In this document: positions 25,144 to 37,040 of the stretch, in pieces
How the letters are laid out: each line of letters opens with the position of its first letter
How positions within the stretch are numbered: position 1 is the first letter of the stretch
Assembly: GCA_043228905.1 (NCBI GenBank)
Contig: JBHGNT010000001.1
Span: forward strand, 22,568,001 to 22,632,000
Reading direction: 5' to 3'
DNA: 64,000 bases
From: Azolla caroliniana
Taxonomy: Eukaryota; Plantae; Polypodiophyta
The notes under the pieces: generated by a model
Seen by the model: the letters and a program-made list of their open reading frames with translations, nothing else
Databases searched by the model: none
Told to the model about the DNA's origin: nothing
Program-made: the position numbers and the translations under genes

Positions 25144-27864
25144 GACAGAGCCATTGAATCGATCGTTGGCAGCATAGGCCGATTCGGTGGGAAGAATCCC
25201 ACAAGTTATTTGGAGGCTTACTGGGCCGAAATGATCATGAGGGATATCCCGGTGGACTGGCGGCTGTACGGATTCTCTCAGATGGTGACGCCGAGCATCC
25301 ACGCGGAGGTGCTCGAGGTGCTGGCCGGATGCCAGACTTGGGAGGAGTTCGAGTTGCAGCTCCTCGAGAAGTACAGGTTTGATGAATCGCTTGGGCTGTT
25401 GAGGCGAGACTTCATGGCGTGGGTGGAAGGCCCCGGAAAAGGGAGGAACACGTCGGCGCTCCTCTAGGAGTTCGAAAAAAGATTCGCGCGGCTGTCGACG
25501 CTGGACCGGACCGTGCTCGAAACGAGTCGAGTACTACTGTTTGTCAAGTCGGTGGACACCCTCGACAGGGAAAAGGTGGGTCCCCTATTGGAGAAGGACG
25601 AAGGGCTCACGGCAGACTGGGCCGTGGTAAAATGGGTCTGCAGCCGTTTCGACAAACGGCGCGAGTGGAGCGACGAAAGCTCGTCGAAGTCAGGACCGCT
25701 CCCAGCGAGGAGGCTCGAGGAGCTGATATTGGTGCCAGCCGGAAGGGAGGAAGAGAGCCGAATTTGGCTGGAGTCGGGGTCGGCATCGAACGACGTGGTC
25801 AAAGGCCCATCCAGAGGAGCGGCTCTGGAGGAACTGACACAGATGGTGCGCGACCTGCAAATCGCACAGGCCCGGAGAGACAACGGTGAACAGCCTCACG
25901 ACCGGAGGTTGCCGGCTGGGTAGCGGTGCATGTGGTGTGACGCGATCGGTCACATTCGGAAGGATTGCGCGGATTTCGGCGACGCACTCAGGACCAACGT
26001 GGTGTACCTCTGGCATGGGCGGGTGCATGCGAGCGAGACCCGGAGAGCCCTAGAACTGAATACGGGGTGCGGCAGAATGAAGAGGTTGATGGAAGAGGCC
26101 GCAACACGGCATGTAGAAGTCGTTAACTACTCAGTGTCTGTGGTACTTCGGGTCGGGGGTGATGAGACCCGGAAGGCGAACGACTCTGGATTCTGGCCGC
26201 TAGTGCTAGAAGGCCTCTCTGGAGTTCGGTTGAAGAAGGAAGAGGCGGACCGCGCGGAACAACGGGTCCAGGAGGTCACCGGATGGGACTATCCGGTCGA
26301 AGAGAAAACGGGCTTCCTAGAAGCCGCTTGCCAGAACTATGAGGTTCTAGTGGAAGACAAACGGGCAGGAAAGGCCGGAGGGGTCGGTCCCCCGCAGAGG
26401 TACGAGACCTGGTTCGGACCGAAACCGACCGGTGCCGGCAACCCAAGCGCGCCAGATGGGAAGAAGCAGGCAGGGTTTCGGTTGAGCACCGAAATCGAGA
26501 TAGAAACGGACCTACAGAAGGTCCTTGAAGAGCGGATCCTCGACAGTAAAGTGGAGCTGTCGTTGCGGGAGGTGCTGGGAATCGCCAAGAGGGAGTTCCA
26601 CGACTCCATTGTAGACTTGGTGAAGTGGAAGAGGCTCTCGACGGAGTTGGAACCGGAGAAGTCGGTGGAGATGCGAACTACGCACTTAGAAGACACGGTC
26701 CTAGAAGACGAGTTGGCGGAAAGCCACTACGCGAAGCCGCATTGGGCCAGGGCAACTACGGAAACCCCTGTGCGGATCGGCGACGTTCCGGAACCGGTGG
26801 TGGCCTTGGTAGACCATGGATCCGAAATCAACTTGATGTCTATGGATTTTTACAAGAAGGGTAAATGGCTGATCAACACCAAGCATGGGTGGAAGATACG
26901 CCCGACGACGCGTGCTACGGAGGAGCTGCATGGTGCGTGCCCGAATGTATGCGTAAAGATCAGTGACATCGAGATAGATCAACATTTTTTCGTGTAGGAA
27001 ACAACCTCACACCTGGTGATTCTCGGAGAACCGTACATCATGGCAGCATGCATGGAGACGAAGGTGTTGGACAACGGTTCGGCGTATACGCGCGTCAAGA
27101 GCCAAGACGGTCGGCATTCCATCCAATTCATGACCGTACGTCCGAACCATGAGAGGAATCACGAGACCCTCAATGGCGACAACCGAGGGGATTTTTAGAG
27201 AGGGCTATGAAGGCGTGGGGCCACGGTAGTCCGGATGTACCGGATGAACCCCACACATGTATAGTAGGTAGGAAGTTTTGGTTCTCCGAAAACGGAGGTT
27301 GTACTATAGTCAGTGTCAGCGGCCGGGAGAGGAAGCGAGTGGAGGAGCGGCTTAGGGGATGCAGAGTCCTCTCCCTCAACGAAGAAATCAGCGACGCCAT
27401 GGAGGCGGTCTCTGTTGACCACACCTTGGGCGAGTTGCGAAAGGTGATCGGTGAAGACCTTAGAGAAGACCGGACCGTTCCGGTTAGTTTGATGGGAATG
27501 TACGAAGTCATTGCGGACTTCGGGGAAAGGATCGGGTCGGATCGGACGGCCCGCGTGCATACAAAGTACAAAACTGTGGACCGGAAGGTGAGGTCAGTCG
27601 TGGCACCCTTGCCGGAGGGCAGCGAGGAGCGGATAAATGGGGTCGTGTCAGACGCAAGTTTATGGAATCCAGCTGGCATAGGGCACCGGTTCACCGACAT
27701 AACGCTACGGGAGCTCAAGGTTGATGGGGGTGGCTTTCTACTGCCGGCGGAGGAGGACAGGTTTTGGAGAATGCCTGGAAAGCATGGGAAAGCCTTCACG
27801 TTCTCGCCGGAGGAGTTCGGGTGCGTGGACCCGACGATCGTCGAACCGATGGTGATCTTCACGG
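25144..27864 (+). pseudogene. G2 gag-protease and start of pol
   Basis: GRFGGKNPTSYLEAY, CMWCDAIGHIRKDC knuckle, LVDHGSEIN protease; ends GDF* at 27198; pol in the -1 frame (27207 onwards) runs to EPMVIFT. Confidence 0.9.
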
Positions 27865-30800
27865 TGTCCCGTTATTACGCGCGTGCGTGTAGAAGGGCGG
27901 GACCACGGGGGTCTTGGACTAGGGAGTGTTGGAGCATAGGAAGTCGGGCTTCACCGCTCCCGGGGCATCTCAAAAGCACACCGGAAGCAACCGAGGGGAG
28001 AGAGAGAGAGAGAGAGAGAGAGCTTAACACCGACTCACGCACACACACACATGCTGACCCGCCTCACGTCCTCATGTACAGGAAACACAGGAAAGGGGAA
28101 ACACCCGACACGAACATAGACGCGAATATACACAGACAGATGCAAATATATATATATGTATAAACAGAAGAATACATTCCTGGCTTCGAGCCGGACTGAG
28201 GTAGGTTACAGTAGTCGTCTACTGCCAAGCCGCCGTCGGGGAGCTCACGGGCTCGTCACGCCGAGCAGGGTCTTGCACAGGATATGAGCTGAAGCAAACC
28301 CTAAACGAACACGAAGGGGAAGAAGAAGAAGAAGGAGAAACCTAACCCTAAACCTACCAGTATACCGTCTAATGCAAAATGGGCAACCCCTCCACAAAGG
28401 GCGTTCCCTTCCTTTTATAGAACAAGGAGAGGGATGCGTTACAACGTGGGACAAATCCCGACTTTCATGGGATCGTCTGTCCCGACTTGACTACTCTTCG
28501 GCGCCATAAAGGCGCCCTCGATATTCACACTAAATGTACATGGGTGCATACACACGCTACACCCCGCCGATGTAGCCAATGTTTCCCGGTTTTCGGCTCT
28601 GGCCGAAATTCTTCACGACATCCGCCCCCACCTAACTGCACATCCACCGGTACGTGCCAATCTGGTTGAAGGGTGAGAGATTTCGGCCGGTGAGAAACCG
28701 GTCTCCCGTGATCCGCATCTCGGCTCGCTGCCGGTTTGATCCGTCGGCTTCGAGTCTTCCTTCGCGCTTGCCTCCCCGTAGGCTCGTTCGACCCGTCGAT
28801 GGGTCCTCTACCGCGATCTCCGTAGTACGCGTTCTTCCGTTGGCCCTTGTTCGGCCTTATGAACGCCCCGTTTTCCGCCGTATGCCCGATGTCCTCCGCT
28901 TGAGGAATGCCCGTGGCAGCCCGCTTGGCCTCCGTTGTCGAACCGTGATGTCCCGATGGTGTTTCACGTCGCCTTCGTCCTTCCGCCGCCACCTTCCTTC
29001 TCCATGGTCTTACCTCGCCGCGTCGGCTCGAACCGCCATGGTCTCCGGAACGGTGTGGAGGATCCCTTTCCGGCCTTCTCCGCGCTCGCCTTTCCGCTCC
29101 GGCACCTCCATGTGCCACATACCCTCGTCCGTTGTTTGGCACCACCCGTGCCGCGCTCCGGTTCATTGCACGTCTTGTCGGCCCCTTTTCCGGCCAGTTC
29201 GTGCATCGCCGCTCACTCGCATACCGGTGTTCTTTGCATCCGAGGAACACCCCGTAGTAGCCCGCTTGGCCCTTCTCGTCTTCGTCCTGCTGCAACAGGT
29301 TCTGAGTCTTCCGCTTGTCGTCGTCCCCTCGCCCCCACCAGCTTGTCACCCCGGCTTGCCGTGTAAGTCTTCGTTACTTCGACGGAGCTACCGAGATCTT
29401 CGAAGCGAGTGTGGAGGATCCTCCTCCGGCCTCTCTTGCCATCCTGATTCCGACCCTGTGCAGGCCACTAGGCACTTGTCACTTCGTTCTCGGCACCTCC
29501 CTTGTGCCGCCTTCCGCTTCCTTCGTTCGGCCCCGCCCGCGCCGAGCACCGTCCCGTAGTCACGCTTCGATCCGGCCCGCGATGGCCATTTGCGAGACTC
29601 TTGTTTTGTTCTAGGTGTGCTTTTTCGGCCTGACACACCTTCCCGCGTTTGCCCCTACCGGCTCCTTCCGAACCTCGTGTCGTCGGGTTCCGTGCCCTGC
29701 CGCCACCGTCCTTCTCCCTCGGTCTCACGTTGCCACATTGGCCGAACTACTGGAGTCTCCAGATCAGTGTGAGGGTCCCATAGGACTGGACTCCGTTTCT
29801 ATGCTCATTGTCTTCGTCACCTCGCAGCCACCGTCAGTATCTTGGTCTTATGTCGACCTCGTCGCCGACTGCCGAAGTCTCTAGAACCGGTGTTAAGGAT
29901 TCTCCGTAGGCGCCCTTCCGTAGCCTTCTTGACCCTATCTCGGGTCGTCCTTTTTCGCATGCCGAGAGGGCGTTTTGTTCCGCACCCTCTCCCGTGGTAC
30001 CGACGTACCATGTCCTCGGCCTCTTCGTAGGCCAGCTGTCTTCCCCCCTCCCGGAATGGTTATCCGGGAGTCCGCTCCGCCCGGTTCTCGTCCGGGTTAG
30101 TTCGTCCTTCTCCGGATTGCCGAGTCCCGTTCTACTGTCGCCACCGTCTTCTCTTATAGGACTCACACCTGCAGCCGGATCAGTGTAAGGAATCCCATAG
30201 GCCCTGCTTCATTCTCTTTCCAAATCTCGACCTTCGCCCGGTCGGTCTTTCTCCCCATGTAAAAGAGGGCGGCTCGTCCCGCACCCCCTTCCGTATCGGC
30301 CCCTTCATGCCGAATCCAGCCCCGATCGAACGATCCACGACCGGATCACGCTCGACCCGTATCGGAATGCTGATCCCCTCGTGCCGTGTCCGTCCTTGGC
30401 CTTTCCGTAGGCCATATCCCATCCGTCTTCGCTGGCATCGTGCCAGGAATCCTCGGTACCGCCATCCATCTCCTCGGTCTTATATGGGCATACGGGCCCA
30501 ATTGCCGAGTTCTCCGGAATCGGGTCCGTGGGCTTTTGTCCGCTCCTTCCCCGTATCGTCTCGCCGGTGATTCTCGCCCTTTCGCCGCCGCCTTCCTCTG
30601 CTTGGGACTCACGTGGGTACTCGGACCCGACTGCCATCGTCTCGGGAGCAAGTGTGGGAAGACACAAAGAATCACCCGACCATTTTACGCCCTTGTCCGT
30701 AGCCACCGACTCTTCGTGGTCGGCGGTTGTCTTCTTACCGATTGCGCAAGCCCCGTCTGGGCTTGCTTCTCCAATGCCTGGGATCTCGGGCTGACACGCC

Positions 30801-31779
30801 CGAGACCGCTGGTCCCAACGTTCCGGTTCCGCGATCGGTATCTCGGCCTCGTCCTTGGCCGTTCTATTTCCGCAAGTCGAGAGGGCGTTTCGTTCCGCAC
30901 CCTCTCCTGTGCTACCGTCGTACCGATCTTCCGCCATCGCATGGGGCAAGTCCGTCTCCTTGGTCTCAGCTTATGGCCTCGATCCTCCCTCTTCCTCGAG
31001 CATCACTTTGAGAGCTGCGTACGCCTCCGCAATCCTGGCGACCAGTCCTCCGTAAGCCCATTCGCTCCATCATCGTCTTCGAGCTCAATCCTGATGGCTT
31101 CCCGTTCCGCTCAGTCGATCGACCTGACGAACAAAAGGACTTTTTCTGCCCCCACCAAACCTTGTTCCCGCTCTGGGAGCCGAGCAAGCCGTCGCTCAAA
31201 CTCCCGGAACGCCTTCGTCGCGCCCCGATGGGTTTTTGCCGATGTTACCCACTGGTCGAAGTCGTGTCGTCCCCGGCTCTTCCGCCGTCCTCCGTATGCC
31301 TTCAGGAGCGCCTCTTCGAAGGCCTCCCACGAACTGTGAGCCTCACGGAGCTCCTTTACTTCAGCATGCATCCGGACAGCTACGACCCGATAGAAGAACT
31401 CCAGCCTCAATGCCTCGTCTACACCACGCTCCTCCATTTCCGCGTTGTAGGCTTCCAAGTAAGATGGGACTTTGTCCCCGTTGAAACGGCCGACTCTTTT
31501 GACCACTCGCTCAACCGCTCGTTGCGCTGCTTCTCGCCTCATCACCACTCGTGCCGACTCCAACACCAGTTCGGCCACCATCTCCACAAGGTCGTCATCC
31601 TCCGACTCCATCCTCCCTTGCCGCCTTTCACGTCGGCTTCACCAAATATGTCGCGTTATTACACGCGTGCGTGTAGAAGGGAGGGACCACGGGGGTCTTG
31701 GACTAGGGAGTGTTGGAGCGTAGGAAGTCGGGCTTCACCGCTCCCAGGGCATCTCAGAAGCACACCGGAAGCAACCGAG

Positions 31780-31832
<53 letters not shown>

Positions 31833-32426
31833 ACACCGACTCACGCACACACACACATGCTGACCCGCCTCGCGCCCTCATGTACAAGAAACACAGGAAA
31901 GGGGAAACACCCGACACAAACATAGACGCGAATATATACAGACAGACGCAAATATATATATATGTATAAACAGAAGAATACATTCCCGGCTTCGAGCCGG
32001 ACTGAGGTAGGTTACAGTAGTCGTCTGCTGCCAAGCCGCCGTCGGGGAGCTCACGGGCTAGTCGCGCCGACCGGGGTCTTGCACAGGAGATGAGCTGAAG
32101 CAAACCCTAAACGAACACGAAGGGGAAGAAGAAGAAGCAGGAGAAATCTAACCCTAAACCTACTAGTATACCCTCTAATGCAAAATGGGCAACCCCTCCA
32201 CAAAGGGCGTTCCCTTCCTTTTATAGAACAAGGAGAGGGATGCGTTACAACGTGGGACAAATCCCGACTTTTATGGGATCGTCTGTCCCGACTTGACTAC
32301 TCTTCGGCGCCATAAAGGTGCTCTCGATATTCACACTAAATGTACATGGGTGCGTACACACGCTGCACCCCGCCGATGTAGCCAATGTTTCCCGGTTTTC
32401 GCCTCTCGCCGAAATTCTTCACAACA
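27865..32426 (-). mobile_element. G3: non-autonomous gypsy derivative with truncated Gag and GC-rich non-pol interior
   Basis: TSD ACGG; LTRs 27865-28620 and 31649-32426; PBS 31627-31644; PPT 28621-28630; no PR, RT or IN motifs found inside. Confidence 0.88.
31111..31611 (-). pseudogene. G3 Gag N-terminal (capsid-like) region
   Basis: VGRFNGDKVPSYLEAYNAEM...VLLFVRSID*; homologous to G2 gag; similarity continues briefly past the stop (..NGLTEDW). Confidence 0.8.
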
Positions 32427-34792
32427 ACGGTACCGCATGTACCGTGGAATCTCAAACCGATTCCGGTGCCTAGAGCTCACATCCCGAAGTTGATGGAGCT
32501 TCTGAAGCAAAAGTTGGAGATGGGCATCCTCGAACCGTCGAGTGCCCCATATTCGAGTCGGTGGTTTATGGTGCCGAAGAAGAATGGCACGCTGCGCTTC
32601 ATTCAGGACCTGCAACCGGTCAACAGGGTGACCATCCATAATGTAGGAATCGGACCGACCATAGACGAGTTCGCGGAGGCCTTCGGTGGAAGGTCGATCT
32701 ATTCGGTCGGTGACTTATACTCGGGGTTCGACCAGTTCCAGCTAGTTGTGGAGAGCAGGGATATCACGATGATGCGAACTCCTCTCGGCCTAGTACGGAT
32801 GTGCACCCTACCACAAGGCGGGACGAATTCGGTAACGCATATGGTGAACCCAATGAACAAGGTGCTGAGGGACTGCATCCCGGACATCACCATGCCATTC
32901 TTGGACGACATCCCGATAAAGGGGTGTCCGGTGGAAGATGCGGACGAGACTGTCGGGCCTGACGGATGCCGAAGGTTCGTTGTGAACCACATTAACGACT
33001 GCGAGAAGGTGCTGCAGAGGCTCGAGAGCGCACGACTCACCTTCTCCGGAGAAAAATCGGCGTTTGGGCAGTCAGAGATCCTGGTGGTCGGACACCTATG
33101 CGGGTCTTACGGTAGGAAACCGTCTCCGACAAAGGTAGAGGCCATCTCTGCGATGAGGAACGATTGCGGATCGGTTACGGAGGTCTGCAGATTCTTGGGT
33201 GCATGCGCATTCTACCACATCTGGATCCCGCACTACGCACATGTTGCAGAACCCCTCTACGGACTATTGAAAGGGGGGCGTAGCTTTGAGTGGAGGACGG
33301 AGCACACAGAGTCGGTCCGGAGATTAAAGGAAGCGCTTACGGTAGCGCCAGCTCTCCGTAAAGCGGTTTACGGCAAGGGAGTCCCCATCTACATGATGGT
33401 GGACATGAGCCCGACCGGGATCGGGTGGGTGATCAACCAGGAGGAAGAGGACGGCGCACGGTTCCCGATCTGGTTCGGGGCGAAGGTATTGAGCGAGCGG
33501 CAGCGAGGATACGCCCAAGTCAAGCGTGAACTATGGGGTATCGTTTCGGCAGTCAAGGCCGATAGGGACTACCTAATCGGGACGGAGGTAATAATCGAGA
33601 TGGACTGCCTGCCGATACTCGACATGATTTCTGGATGCGCGACGCCGGACCTAGCAATGCTCCAGTGGATAGGGTACATTAAGTCCCTGAACCCGGAGAT
33701 ACGACACATCTCTGGAAAGGATAACGCCATGGCCGACATGCTTTTGAGAGCGAGGTTCAACGACGAAGATGGTATGGTTTCAGATGACGAAGAAGTCGGC
33801 GAGGACTTCTTCGGGTCGACTAACATGACGATGAGGAAAGGGGACACTCCGGCGCTTAACGAATTCGATGAAAGCAGGTACGACGGGGAGTGGCTCCAAA
33901 TCTGGAGGTTCTTATAGGCGATGACGCCGAATGCAGCATGGACGAGAGAAGAGGCGAGCCGGGTACGGGAGAAGGCGTACCGATTCTTCCTACGGGACGG
34001 GTGCATATGGAGGCAAACGGGAGGATCGTGGCGGACCGGGGAGAGCTGGATGCGCAAGAAGTTGAGGAGCTGTTCGACCGGCTAGGGGTCAAACTCTCCC
34101 TCACTATGGCATACAATCCGGAGGCAAACGGGAAGGTAGAACGTGGGCACGGGCCGATCGTAAAGGCGTTGGTGTGTGCATGCGGAGGGCAGGTCGGGAA
34201 TTTGCCGCGACTCCTTCCTTACACACTATGGGCGGACCGAACTACACACAGTTCGGTGACAGGGTTTATGCCGGTAGAGTTGATGTATGGATAGAAGCCG
34301 ATCATGACGGTGGAACGGATGGTTTCTTCGTGGGCGGTGGTAGATTGGAAGGACGAGATGAGCCGGGAGGAGTTGCTGGCGGCGTGGATTCGGCAACTCG
34401 AGCGGAGGCCGGAGGACATGAAACGGGCGAAGGAAAAGTTGCGGGTGGCAAGGGAGCAGAACAAGACCCAGTTCAACCGGACGCACCGGTTGCGACCAAA
34501 GAAGGTCGAGGAAGGTGACTAGGTCTTAGTATACGACAGTAGCGTCGACAATCAGCACAAGGCGGTGTGAAAGTTCGCTAGGAGATGGTTCGGGCCCTAC
34601 ATGGTGAAGAGCACGAACGACAACGACACGTACCACCTCGCGGAACTCGACGGGAGACAGTTAGCGGTACCGGTGGCTGGGAAGTGGATCAAAGTGTTGA
34701 AGAAGCGGTTCGTAGACGAGCCGGAGTCGGCGAGCGAGAGCGACGACGACGATCGGTTCGGGCCCGACGAAGAATCAGAGAGCGATGAGTAA
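32427..34792 (+). pseudogene. G2 RT-RNaseH-integrase (IN internally deleted)
   Basis: ORF 32385-33917 (DLYSGFDQF, LPQG, FLDDIPIKG, RH), IN core (ADRGE, YNPEANGKVERGH), WFGPY; no chromodomain. Confidence 0.9.
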
Positions 34793-35637
34793 AGCCGGTT
34801 TTCCTCGGTATCTACCCGTCTCTGGCGCATGCAGGTGGATGCGCGGTTTGGTGGGGGTGGATGTCGTGAAGAAAACCGGCCATAGGCGGAGTCAGAGAAA
34901 AAGGCGCATGAACCGGCTCTTACGTGGGTGGATGCGAGAATTGATATTTTGTACATAATTCATAATTAGGTTGGTTGATGTAAATACTAGGTAGTACACA
35001 TTTATTAGGGAATTTGTGCGTATCTCTGTCGAAAGGGACAGGGAATAAAGAGATTTGACTAGGGAAGGAGGGTCTCCCCTTGGCTAACTACTTAAGGAGG
35101 GAGAGAAGGAAGAAAGGGGATCACGCATTGGCGAGGACGAAGTCTTGTTGTAGAACCGAGGGCCGAGCTCTCTCTCCTCCGATCGTCGTTCTCTGTGGGT
35201 GTCGGGAGTTCACTGCCTCTGCACCGTGGACAGCCCGTGTGCTTCCAGCAGAGGCTCCCCCCCTCCCCCCCCCCCCCCTTTTTTGTTTCTTCGAGTCCAG
35301 TGGCTGTCGTTTGTGTGCGTGAGTAGGACCCCGTGTCAGGTCCATTACCGGTTTGCCGGTTGTAACTGTTCGAGTTGTAAGCTATTGATTATAGTAATTG
35401 GATTCCTGTTTCTTGCTCTTATTTTCTTTCTGTGTATCTGCAACTCTCTCTCTCTCTCACTCTCTCTCCTTGGTCCAAGACCCTCGTGGTCCTGCCTCTT
35501 CTTACATGCGAACGCGAATCTTCGTGATACCGTATTCCATGCTCGCACAAAGCACATAGAAGTGCACTACCACTTCGTACGGGAGCGTGTCCTGAGCGGT
35601 GAAGTCGAACTTCGGTATGTTCATATGGATCGACAAG

Positions 35638-36321
35638 TGACGGGAACCCAACGTTCCTTATGCGCGACGCTCGGCCACAACCGAGCTTAGAATGATACAC
35701 AGAAAATGGGAAATAAAACACGACACAAAGAAGAAGAGAATACACAGGAGGTTTACGTGGAAAACCCCAAACTAGGGGAAAAAAAAAATCACGGCAGCCC
35801 ACAGGCTGCAAATTGTCACTATGTAATAATATACAACAGTGAGCTCACTGAGGCATCGACCTCGTGCTCACAGATCTTCGCCACAAGCGGCGGTTACAAC
35901 GGAGGCAACGGCCTCTTTCTCTCTCTCTCTCTCTTTGTACAGTTATGCACACTGATCTCGTGCAAAACAGAAAATGACAACAACAACTAAAAGTTTGCCC
36001 TAAGTCATATTTATATTAATATGACTTTTCAGCTATTTACAAATATAGCCTTGATGAACTCTTAGAAAACATATTTATGAATATGTCTCTTCATCCGGTT
36101 CATACCGGGTCTGTATCATCCGGCTCTCCGTAGCCGGGTACTCCTCATCCGGTCTTCACCGGGTCTGTGTCATCCGGTTCTCCGTAGCCGGGTACTCCTC
36201 ATCTGGTCTTCACAGGGTCTGTATCATCCGGCTCTCCGTAGCCGGGTACTCCTCATCCGGTTTCGGCCGAGGCACTGTTCTTCGGCACTGTTCTTCTCCC
36301 TTCCCATCCGAAGGGACCTGT
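35638..36321 (-). mobile_element. LTR of C2-related copia family (solo or truncated) inserted in C1 RNase H
   Basis: Reverse complement of the C2 LTR (TGACGGGAA..), with three 54-bp units; the last ~9 bp and the TSD are lost to a deletion. Confidence 0.8.
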
Positions 36322-37040
36322 AAAAAGGACAGAGCTGACCGGAAGAAGAAGGCCAAGACCCGGACATGGTCCGACGTGGTGAAGAGCCTAGAACCAAAAG
36401 ACGAATCGGGAGTGACCGATTTGGACAAGAGCTGGAATGAATCAGAGACAGCCGATTCGGTTCAACAGACGGATTCAGAAGAACCGGATCAATTCAAGGC
36501 CAAGAGGACGAGAAGGTAGTGAAGCTCGACGCCAACACGAAGGAATCGACGATTCAGCAAGCGCCGAAGTCACAGAATTGAGGGAACTGAATTGGGCATG
36601 TTGAGCAGACAAGCCAACCGAGGAGGTCGAGGTGCGCAGAATCAGAAGGGTCGCGGCAAACAGGACCAAACCGGATGAGGAGCGCGAGCGAGGCGGAGTG
36701 ACGCCAAAAGGAGTCGGGTGGAAGGACCAACTGCCATGGAGATTGACTGTACAATCTAACCTCAAGTTGAGCTTGAGGGGGAGTGTTGAGCTGCAAGCTC
36801 AACTGGATCCGGATCGGCTGAATAAGCTTGAGCCGGATCGACATCTGGAAGGATGAGCCGGATCGGTGAGCCGGTGAGTTGGGGAGCTGGTTAGTCGGAT
36901 CCAGCAGTAACCAAAAGCCTAATAGCAGCCTAGACTACTAGGTAGTTAATGGCTCTCCCACGTATTAATCTCTCTCTGTGTGTGTCTTTTGCTATCCGGC
37001 TGAGAAAATTGTCTAAAGCTTCCACACCTTCATTTTTACA

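Larger units (their letters stand above)
18084..35529 (+). mobile_element. G2: Phygy/Selgy-like gypsy element with three nested insertions
   Basis: TSD CCGT (18080-18083/35530-35533); 5' LTR 18084-18736, 3' LTR 34862-35529; PBS TGGTGAACCC; gag from ATG 19468 continuing at 25144; PPT 34850-34861. Confidence 0.92.
11366..37040 (+). mobile_element. C1: 5'-truncated Ty1/copia element (IN-RT-RH-3'LTR) hosting a ~22-kb nest
   Basis: IN (YTPEQNGVAERKN) from 11366; RT joins across 12317-16789 (NWRAA|MEEEM); RH joins across 18084-35529 (KNPV|FHARTKHIEVHYHFVRE); PPT TTGAGGGGGAG then LTR TGTTGAG 36784 ..TTTTTACA 37040. Confidence 0.8.

Noticed and set aside
28178-28197. CCTGGCTTCGAGCCGG in G3 LTR as a further B-box module
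   Set aside because: Poor B-box match and no A-box at suitable spacing.
28525-31339. Many long overlapping ORFs in the G3 interior (e.g. 28654-29559, 30386-31339)
   Set aside because: Expected in GC-rich DNA; low-complexity translations with no recognisable domain.
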